From assembly GCA_040509255.1 (NCBI GenBank), contig JBEVLH010000158.1, positions 1 through 41,363 of the forward strand: a DNA stretch of 41,363 nucleotides, written 5' to 3'. Shown here one piece after another: positions 1 through 7,469 of the stretch (its first letter is position 1; each line of letters starts with the position of its first letter). A model generated the notes under the pieces. That model did no database searches and was not told the origin of the DNA. It was given only the letters and a program-made list of their open reading frames with translations. This DNA is from Hyphomicrobium sp. (GTDB lineage Bacteria; Pseudomonadota; Alphaproteobacteria; Rhizobiales; Hyphomicrobiaceae). Both the position numbers and the translations under genes were made by a program.

Positions 1-2
1 CG

Positions 3-1769
3 AAAACCAAGACCGTGTCGGCGCTCGTGAAGCCGGGCTACAGCCCGTACGAGCAGTACGCCGAAACGAGCCGTCAGCAGGGGCCGTGGTCAGACATCTA
101 CGCGTTCGCCGCGACGCTCTATCATGCAGTGTCGGGAAAGCGGCCGCCGGATTCGCCCTCGCGGATGCTGAAGGACGAGATGGTGCCCGTTCGCGATGCA
201 GCCCTCGGAGGCTATCGCGCCTCGTTTCTCGCAGCCATTCAGCAGGCGCTGGCGTTATCCGTCGATGCGCGCCCGAGATCGGTTGCGGAATGGCGCGGCG
301 CACTGCTTGCGCCGGATCCCGAACGACCAGGGCTTTTCCAGCGCCTTAAGGACAAGACAGAAGTCCGGCGCCGCAAGGAAGAGGAGCAGCGCGCCGGGGG
401 AGCCGTGACGAGCGCGCCGCATCCGCCACCGCCCGATGCACCTGGACCGAAGGGTGTCATGCTCGATTATGTCGCGGCCCTGAGAGAGCCATCGGCGGCA
501 AAAAGCGCGCCCAAAGCACCGGCGCCGCCTCCCGTTCAGGCGGCCGTCCCGAAGAAGGCTGCGGAAAAGAAGTCCAAGGCTGAGAAGAAGGCGGAAAAGG
601 TCAAATCGGCGGAGAAGCTCCCTGCGTTGCCGCCGCCTCCGCGTCCCGTCGTAGAGAAGGCCAAGTCCAAGCCGAAAGTTCGACCCAAGCCCGATGTGGC
701 GCGGCGACCCTTCTCGCGTTGGCTCAAGACCCGACTGATCATTGCGGCTGGCATCGCCGGTGTCGCGTTTGCGTTCCATGACCGAATTCCGCAGCTGCTT
801 TCGTTTCACCGCGATACGATCACCACAGGCACGATCGGCAAACCCGCGGCCAATCCCGATCCGTCACTGACCGAGACCGCGGAGATTAAAGCTTACAGCG
901 TTCCGATCGAGCGGATGGCGCTGAGCGGCGATGGGCGGTTGATCGTGACCGCTGCACAAGAACCGCAGCTCAAAATCTGGTCGTATGACTCGCGGTATCA
1001 ACTGGGCGCGATCGCGCTTGAGGACGGGCCAGCCGTCTCGCTCGCCATCCGTAACAATCGCGTCGTGACGGGACATGCCAACGGCGCGGTCGACATCTAC
1101 GATCTTGAATCAAAACGTCGGCTCTATCGGTTCCAGCGCAACGACGCGACGATCTGGGCAGTCGATTTCGTAGGATCGGAAGATCGCGTCGCGGCAGCCA
1201 GTCACGACTGGACGGTGTCGTTGTGGGAGACGGCTTCCGAGAGCAGCCCGATCGCGGTGCTGGAAGGACATGAAAACGCGGTGCAGGCGCTTGCCGTCGA
1301 CCCATCCGGGCGATGGATCGCGTCAGGCGGCGCAGATCGCGCCGTGCGGATATGGAGCGCCGAGACAAAAGACACGAGGCGGCTCTATCGCAACAATTCC
1401 GATTTCGTATCGGCGCTCAATTTTTCGCCCGACGGTTCGATGCTGGCGACCGGAAGCCTCGACGGGACCGTCAAGATCCTTTCGATGAATTCGTATCGCA
1501 TGCAGCGCATCCTCGCAGGGCATAACGCGCGCATCACATCGCTCGCGTTTTCGGGCACCAACGATCTGCTGGCATCGGCATCGGAGGATGGCGTGCTGCG
1601 GGTCAGAAGCCTCAAGCGGCCGCGCGCTTACCTGGCGCTGACCGGTCTCGGATCCGGAGCGAAGACAGTCATTTTTTCCAACGATGGGCGGACGCTTTTG
1701 ACGGGCGGGCAGGACGGCGTTATTCGGCTGTGGTCGCTGCCGGACGCGCAAGTCGCGCAGCGCAACTGA
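3..1769 (+). CDS. Ser/Thr protein kinase with TM helix and C-terminal WD40 propeller (5' truncated by window edge)
   Basis: Frame open from window start. Kinase subdomain VIII-IX motifs (KPGYSPYEQY, WSDIYAFAATLYHAVSG), Pro/Ala/Lys-rich linker, hydrophobic segment LIIAAGIAGVAFAF, then about 7 WD40 repeats (e.g. GHENAVQALAVDPSGRWIASGGADRAVRIW). Confidence 0.88.
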   Translation, partial: KTKTVSALVKPGYSPYEQYAETSRQQGPWSDIYAFAATLYHAVSGKRPPDSPSRMLKDEMVPVRDAALGGYRASFLAAIQQALALSVDARPRSVAEWRGALLAPDPERPGLFQRLKDKTEVRRRKEEEQRAGGAVTSAPHPPPPDAPGPKGVMLDYVAALREPSAAKSAPKAPAPPPVQAAVPKKAAEKKSKAEKKAEKVKSAEKLPALPPPPRPVVEKAKSKPKVRPKPDVARRPFSRWLKTRLIIAAGIAGVAFAFHDRIPQLLSFHRDTITTGTIGKPAANPDPSLTETAEIKAYSVPIERMALSGDGRLIVTAAQEPQLKIWSYDSRYQLGAIALEDGPAVSLAIRNNRVVTGHANGAVDIYDLESKRRLYRFQRNDATIWAVDFVGSEDRVAAASHDWTVSLWETASESSPIAVLEGHENAVQALAVDPSGRWIASGGADRAVRIWSAETKDTRRLYRNNSDFVSALNFSPDGSMLATGSLDGTVKILSMNSYRMQRILAGHNARITSLAFSGTNDLLASASEDGVLRVRSLKRPRAYLALTGLGSGAKTVIFSNDGRTLLTGGQDGVIRLWSLPDAQVAQRN

Positions 1770-1919
1770 ACCGTGCGTCGCTTGCGGGCGCCCGGCTGCT
1801 TGGCTAGACAAAATCCGAAATGACTGTGGGCGGCTCTCGGAGAGACAAAGGGCTGCCATCATTCGGTCGACGATCACCGTATCGATTCACAATCGGCCAG
1901 GAGCCGGGAGGTACACTCG

Positions 1920-3104
1920 ATGTTCGGGTGGCGCAGACGCAGCGAAGGCTTTGAGTGGAAAGAGTATGTGCGGACGACCGTTCTCGTCCGCCGCGCCGAC
2001 CGTCAGCGCCGGCTGGAAGACGCGCGTCTCGCGGCCATCGAAAAAGTCAAAAACGTCGCCGATGCCGGCGTCGACGCCGGGCGCGTGGGGGCTTCAGCGG
2101 CAAAGTCCGGAGTCGCGCGACTGCTGGCGATCATCGGACGGGCGATCGCGGATTTCGCGATCGCGATCTTCGGGGTGGCGGTTCGTTGGGCGACGTTCCT
2201 TTGGAACGTCCTCAGGGATGCGTTGGCGGCCCTTCTCGCGCCGCTCGGTACCGTGATCCAGGGACCAACTGATGCGGCTCGTGAAAAACTCAAGATGGTG
2301 CCTGACGTCGCGCGAAACTTTCCGGTCAAGGCTCATCACCTCATCAGCGCTGCCCTGTTCGTCGGATTGATCTACGCGATCGGTCCGATGCTCCAGAGCG
2401 CAGACGGTGTGAGCGCGCCGGGGCTCGATATCGCGCCGGGTCTTTCGACCACGACGGGTTCGATCGACAGCTCTCACCAAGTAAGCATTTCAAACGAGCT
2501 TTCGGGACCGGCGGCGGCCCTTACCGGCGATTCGATCCGCGTCGACGGCACGACCGTCCGACTGGCAGGCATCGAGGCGCCGGCGTCCGCGCAGCCGTGC
2601 TATCGCGATGATGGTCGCCGTTGGAATTGCGCGTCGACCGCGCGATCGGGCCTCAACAAAATCGTCCGCGGTCAAAAGGTGACGTGTACGTCGTCGGGTC
2701 AAGACAACGCCGGGCGCACGCTTGCCCATTGCGTGATCGTCGCCGATGGCAAAGATCTCGCGGCCGAGCTCGTGCGAAAGGGCTACGTGTTCGCGACGGA
2801 CACTTCGTTCTTCAGCGCGCTTACCAGCGAGGAAGAGGCGGCACGCAGTGCCAAGCTCGGCATTTGGCAAGGCGAAGTGATCCGGCCGCAGGAGTGGCGT
2901 GATCAAACCTGGGAAGCGGCGAAGCGCGATGCGCCCGACGGATGTCCGATCAAGGGCGTGGTGCGGGCATCCGCCAAGCTCTATGCATTGCCTTGGTCGG
3001 ACGTTTACGCCAATGCGCGCGTCCGACCGGAACGCGGTGAGCGCTGGTTCTGCAGCGAGGACGACGCCAAGGCGGCGGGCTTTGCCCCGTGGGACAAATC
3101 CTGA
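1920..3104 (+). CDS. Membrane-anchored thermonuclease (SNase)-family protein with C-terminal ExoI/Ada-like small domain
   Basis: GGAGG RBS before ATG. Hydrophobic N-terminal segments; SNase motifs GDSIRVDGTTVRLAGIEAP, DNAGRTLA, AKLGIWQG; C-terminal CPIKG...ERWFCSEDDAKAAGF. Confidence 0.8.
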   Translation: MFGWRRRSEGFEWKEYVRTTVLVRRADRQRRLEDARLAAIEKVKNVADAGVDAGRVGASAAKSGVARLLAIIGRAIADFAIAIFGVAVRWATFLWNVLRDALAALLAPLGTVIQGPTDAAREKLKMVPDVARNFPVKAHHLISAALFVGLIYAIGPMLQSADGVSAPGLDIAPGLSTTTGSIDSSHQVSISNELSGPAAALTGDSIRVDGTTVRLAGIEAPASAQPCYRDDGRRWNCASTARSGLNKIVRGQKVTCTSSGQDNAGRTLAHCVIVADGKDLAAELVRKGYVFATDTSFFSALTSEEEAARSAKLGIWQGEVIRPQEWRDQTWEAAKRDAPDGCPIKGVVRASAKLYALPWSDVYANARVRPERGERWFCSEDDAKAAGFAPWDKS

Positions 3105-3123
3105 CCTCCGCCAGCGGTGTGCC

Positions 3124-3156
3124 AAAAAAAATCCCGCAGTCGGGGGAGACTGCGGG
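3124..3156 (-). terminator. Intrinsic terminator (minus strand)
   Basis: Perfect 9-bp stem 3133-3141/3148-3156 with A8 at 3124-3131 (U8 on minus). Confidence 0.75.
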
Positions 3157-3206
3157 GGGAGCGGATCTCGACGCCATGGGGTTGTGGGACGGCAAAGAGA
3201 TCAACA
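3124..3206 (-). ncRNA. Candidate small regulatory RNA (two stem-loops with C-rich loops, ending in an intrinsic terminator)
   Basis: Minus strand: GATCTC/GAGATC plus GCCGT/ATGGC stem with loop CCCACAACCCC, then 9-bp stem CCCGCAGTC/GACTGCGGG with loop TCCCCC and a T8 tract. Promoter-like element immediately upstream; no credible ORF. Confidence 0.55.
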
Positions 3207-3212
3207 CGGACA

Positions 3213-3241
3213 GTACAGCCAATGGTGGCAGAAATTTCAAG
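3213..3241 (-). promoter_or_regulatory. Putative sigma70 promoter of the candidate sRNA
   Basis: CTTGAA-N17-CTGTAC on minus strand, resembling the rhizobial CTTGAC-N17-CTATAT consensus. Confidence 0.5.
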
Positions 3242-3741
3242 CGGTGCGCGCGACTGATTCGTTTTTTGCAGTCAAGATGTGGCTGTTTCGCTGGCGTTTG
3301 ATGCAACCGCGCCACGCAAGTTATCCCGTCATTCAACAAAATTTCCCAGGCTGTTCGGTGGGCGTGTGATTCGATGGCATCAGCCTATTTCCTAACGGCC
3401 CTAAGGAGCATCGAGGCGGCGTCTTTCCCCTGGCTGGTAGATGCGCAACCAAAAGTTCGCCAATCGCGGCCTCCGCGGACCATTTGGTTCTCGCGCGCGC
3501 GGCCTTCTACCAATCTAGAAAAAAACCAGTGCGAAAACGTTCATCCGGCGACTGAAAACGGATTCTCCTTTGATCTCCTCAAGCCCCGGAGAGATCAGCC
3601 ATAAGTCTGTGTTGCAGATTCACACCATCAGTTTTTCTGAACAGTAGAAGGCAAGTCTCGGCGCTCCCTTTTTGCAGGGCTGCCGCCTATGGTGCGCGCG
3701 GGTAGGGGCACGGGCGTTTAGTAACCAGAGGGGTTATCTCT

Positions 3742-5136
3742 ATGTTGCGCAGACTGGTACTGGGGCTGTGCGCCGTCGTGGCGGCCGCGGGTACTGCGGC
3801 TTTCAGTGGCGTCGGAACTGTCGCCGTCGTCGGCACTGCGGCGGGCGTCGCGGGCTTGGTGACCACCGCAACGGATGCCGAAGCTCAATCGTGGCGCCGC
3901 CGATATTATCGGCATCGGCACCGCTACCATTATCGCCGCGGCGATCAGCTTATTCTCATTGCCGAAACCGACGTCGATCTCTCACTCGACCGCTATACGA
4001 TCGATGTGCGGCAAGCCAAAGGCGCATACAAAGGAATTCGCATCAAGAACGCGATGGGCAAGTTGTTTGATGTCCGGCGCGTTCAGATCGTCTACAGCGA
4101 CGGTACGGTCTGGAATGAAGACCGTCAGATCGACATGTACTGGGGCGAGCGCAGCCGACCCATCAATCCGACCTACGAAAGCCGGTTCATCGATCAGATC
4201 ACGATCGAGCAGGAGCCGGGCTATGGTCGCGGGCGGCTGCAGATCATCGGCATTCAAGATCCCGAGGGTCGATCGATGGATCGCGTCGATCGTGGCGGCG
4301 GACGACCTGATCGCGATCGCGACCGCGATCGTTACGAACCGCCCAGAGGCGAGGTCTCCGACGGTATTTCGGTGCGCCCGACCGTGCCGGTGGCAACGCC
4401 AACGGCACCGGGACAACCGACCGAAGGCGGAGACGTTCTGTTCGGTGCGCAATACGTCGGCTTCCTGACGGATCGCGACGTCATCCGGATTGGCAGCGAA
4501 GTCGGCAAGTTCTCGAAGATCCGTCTTCGCGTCCTCGACAACGACATCCACATCACCGAGATGAAGATCGTCTACGCGAACGGCGAAAGCGATACGCTGG
4601 CGATCAATGCCGACATTCCGAAGAATTCCCGCACGAACTGGATCGACCTCAGAGGCGACCGGTTCATAAGGGAAATCCAGCTCGTCTACCGGTCGCGGCC
4701 GAACTTCAACGGGCGCGCTCGGATCGAGATCTTCGGCCGGTACGCTCCAGGTTGGCTTGGACCGAACGGCGAGGGTCGAAAATATAATCAAGGCTGGGTG
4801 CTGCTCGGCGCCCAAACGGCAGGGTTCATCGGCTTCGACAAGGACATCATTCCTGTCGGCAGCAACGAGGGCGGGTTCCGACGCCTCCGGGTGACCGTCC
4901 GTGACCGTGCCATCACCCTCAACGAAATCAAGGTCGTCTATCGAGACGGGGAGGAAGAGACCATTCCGGTTCGCACACGCGTCGATGCTGGCGGTACGTT
5001 CGGTCCCATCGACATCAGAAGCGGACGGCGAAACCCCATCGATCACATCGAAGCCAAGTACCGCTCGCGGTTCTTCGATTCCTCGGCGAAAGGCAAAGGG
5101 TCCGCCATCGTCGAGATCTGGGGCCAGCACTACTAG
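3742..5136 (+). CDS. Secreted protein with three tandem DUF2541/YaaI-like beta-domains
   Basis: Long hydrophobic signal ending AEA, then an Arg/His/Tyr-rich patch. Three ~95-aa repeats (DRYTIDV..G.YKGIRIK / DRDVIRIG..GKFSKIRLRV / DKDIIPVG..GGFRRLRVTV, each followed by VY.dG). Confidence 0.7.
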   Translation: MLRRLVLGLCAVVAAAGTAAFSGVGTVAVVGTAAGVAGLVTTATDAEAQSWRRRYYRHRHRYHYRRGDQLILIAETDVDLSLDRYTIDVRQAKGAYKGIRIKNAMGKLFDVRRVQIVYSDGTVWNEDRQIDMYWGERSRPINPTYESRFIDQITIEQEPGYGRGRLQIIGIQDPEGRSMDRVDRGGGRPDRDRDRDRYEPPRGEVSDGISVRPTVPVATPTAPGQPTEGGDVLFGAQYVGFLTDRDVIRIGSEVGKFSKIRLRVLDNDIHITEMKIVYANGESDTLAINADIPKNSRTNWIDLRGDRFIREIQLVYRSRPNFNGRARIEIFGRYAPGWLGPNGEGRKYNQGWVLLGAQTAGFIGFDKDIIPVGSNEGGFRRLRVTVRDRAITLNEIKVVYRDGEEETIPVRTRVDAGGTFGPIDIRSGRRNPIDHIEAKYRSRFFDSSAKGKGSAIVEIWGQHY

Positions 5137-5166
5137 GGTTCGGTGGATGACAGCCAGACAGAGATT

Positions 5167-5201
5167 AGAGGGGGCCGAGCACAATCCGGCCCTCTTTTTT
5201 T
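5167..5201 (+). terminator. Intrinsic terminator after the DUF2541-like gene
   Basis: GGGGGCCG/CGGCCCTC stem followed by T7. Confidence 0.75.
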
Positions 5202-5384
5202 CGCACCAATGCTTGCCGCGACCAAAACGACGCGGTTTTGCGCAGGAATTGCGAAGCTACGCACGCTTATCTGCCACAAATGACGTTAACGGCGTTTCAC
5301 GGGGCGCACCTAGTATGCTAGGCGACGCTCAAGTGTGGCGGCTGTCGATTCCACTCTTGATGATACTCTTGGGGGACCAGAGCT

Positions 5385-6488
5385 TTGAACGTGAGCCTTA
5401 AGCAGCCGCTGCAGGCTGAGAGCCGTGCGGGCGTCATCGTCCGCGATGCGCGGCTGACCTCATCTCCTGCCGCCTCAATGCCGGAGACCCAGAAACAACG
5501 GGTCCGCAGACTTGCTGCTCACTGCCAGAAATATCGCGGCCCTGTCCCCAGGCTCGCGATCCAGCAGCTGGCGACGACGTTGGTGCCTCTCGTGCTGATC
5601 ATCGGCGTCATGTTCGCCACCGTCGAGCACGCCTACTGGGCGACACTGCTGCTGGCGCTTCCCGCGGCGGGTCTGCTGGTTCGCGCATTCATCATCCAGC
5701 ACGACTGCGGGCACGGGTCGTTCTTCGCGTCTCGCGCTCTTAACGATTTCATCGGCCGCTGCATGAGCGTGTTGACGCTCGCGCCATACGGACTTTGGCG
5801 GCGAGAACATGCGCAGCATCACGCGACGTCGGGCAACCTCGACCGGCGCGGCGCGGGCGACATCGACACAATGACCGTCGAGGAATATCGCAAACTGTCG
5901 ATGCTCCGTAAGTTGCATTACCGGCTCTACCGTCATCCGCTGTTCCTGTTCGGTCTCGGCGTCCCGGCCTACTTCCTCATTCTGCAGAGAATGCCGTGGT
6001 TTCATTCGCTGACACCGCGCGAAAGCTGGAAGAGTGTGCTGGCGCTGAATGTCGGACTGGTGGGGCTCTATGCGCCGCTTTGCTATGCGTTTGGCGTCGC
6101 CAACGTGCTGTGGGTCGGACTACCGGTCCTACATATCGCGGCTGCTACCGGCGGCTGGCTGTTCTTCATTCAGCATCAATTCGAAGAGACGACGTGGGAC
6201 AAGGCGGAAGGCTGGGATTTCCAGGTCGCGGCGTTGCTCGGATCGTCGTACTACGACCTGCCCAAAGTTCTGAACTGGTTCACGGGCAACATCGGCCTGC
6301 ATCACATTCATCATCTCAACAGCATGATCCCGAACTATCGGCTTTCGGCCTGCCTTGAGACGAGTCCCGAGCTGAAGGCGATCAATCGCCTCACATTGCG
6401 CGACAGCATTCGGTGCGCGGGCCTGAAGCTATGGGATGAGGATCAGCGCCGCCTGATCAGGTTCGACGAACTTCCAGCGACTGCCTGA
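5385..6488 (+). CDS. Membrane fatty acid (acyl-lipid) desaturase
   Basis: Three His boxes HDCGH, HAQHH, HHIHH plus TM segments. Start uncertain (TTG 5385, GTG 5391 or ATG 5478). Confidence 0.9.
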   Translation: MNVSLKQPLQAESRAGVIVRDARLTSSPAASMPETQKQRVRRLAAHCQKYRGPVPRLAIQQLATTLVPLVLIIGVMFATVEHAYWATLLLALPAAGLLVRAFIIQHDCGHGSFFASRALNDFIGRCMSVLTLAPYGLWRREHAQHHATSGNLDRRGAGDIDTMTVEEYRKLSMLRKLHYRLYRHPLFLFGLGVPAYFLILQRMPWFHSLTPRESWKSVLALNVGLVGLYAPLCYAFGVANVLWVGLPVLHIAAATGGWLFFIQHQFEETTWDKAEGWDFQVAALLGSSYYDLPKVLNWFTGNIGLHHIHHLNSMIPNYRLSACLETSPELKAINRLTLRDSIRCAGLKLWDEDQRRLIRFDELPATA

Positions 6489-6509
6489 AGGCCATTCGCG
6501 CGGATCGCC

Positions 6510-7466
6510 ATGAGTGCACAGAATGGACCCGCGCCGACCGACGAACTCCTCACGATCCGTGACTGGCTGAGATACGCCGTCACCCTCATGACGCGTGGGG
6601 GCTTGGTCTACGGGCACGGCACGGCGAATGCCGTCGACGAGGCCGCCTTCCTCATTCTTGCGACGCTCGACCTTCCGATCGACGACATCAACCCCTGGCT
6701 CGACTGCCGCCTGACAGCGGCCGAACGCGAGAATGTCGAGTTCGTCATTTCTGCTCGCATCGAAACGCGCAAGCCGGCCGCCTACCTGACGAACGCGGCC
6801 TACATCCAGGGCCACCGGTTCTACGTCGACGAACGCGTTATCGTGCCTCGATCGTTCATCGGAGAGCTGATTGCGCAAAATCATCTTGCGCCGATCGTGC
6901 CGGACAGCCTGAGCGTCCGGCGGGTGCTCGATCTATGTACCGGCTCCGGCTGTCTCGCCATTCTCGCGGCCGAAGCTTTCCCGAACGCCGACATCGACGC
7001 GAGCGATATTTCGGAAGATGCGCTTGCTGTCGCGCAGCGGAACATTCGCGACTACGGTCTCGAAAAGCGGGTCCACACGTTCAAGGCTGACCTGTTCGAT
7101 GGTCTGCCGCGAGCGGAGTACGACGTGATCATTTCCAATCCGCCATACGTTACGGCCGAGGCCGTAGCCGCGTTTCCGCCGGAATACCAAGCGGAGCCGA
7201 AGCTCGCCCATCTCGGCGGCGCGGACGGCCTCACCCTCGTGCGGCGGATTTTGAAAGCCGCGCCAGAGCGTCTTGCTCCCAAGGGCAGCCTTGTCGTCGA
7301 GATCGGCGACGGACAGGATAATCTCGAACGGTCGCGGCCGGACCTGCCGTTTCTTTGGCTGGACACGGCGACAAGCAAAGGCGAGGTCTTCGCGCTGTTC
7401 GCCGAAGACTTGAAGCCCACCGCGCCTGAGAGCGTGAAACGGCGCCAGGGCATCGTCCGGCGCTGA
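6510..7466 (+). CDS. prmB: 50S ribosomal protein L3 N5-glutamine methyltransferase
   Basis: LTIRDWLRYA...YGHGT...DEA N-terminus, FYVDERVIVPRSFIGELI, LDLCTGSGCLA, SNPPYV. Confidence 0.92.
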   Translation: MSAQNGPAPTDELLTIRDWLRYAVTLMTRGGLVYGHGTANAVDEAAFLILATLDLPIDDINPWLDCRLTAAERENVEFVISARIETRKPAAYLTNAAYIQGHRFYVDERVIVPRSFIGELIAQNHLAPIVPDSLSVRRVLDLCTGSGCLAILAAEAFPNADIDASDISEDALAVAQRNIRDYGLEKRVHTFKADLFDGLPRAEYDVIISNPPYVTAEAVAAFPPEYQAEPKLAHLGGADGLTLVRRILKAAPERLAPKGSLVVEIGDGQDNLERSRPDLPFLWLDTATSKGEVFALFAEDLKPTAPESVKRRQGIVRR

Positions 7467-7469
7467 GGA

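Noticed and set aside
4275-4335. GATCGC-rich short repeats resembling a repeat array
   Set aside because: They encode the Arg-Asp linker of the DUF2541-like protein; no spacer structure or cas genes, so not CRISPR.
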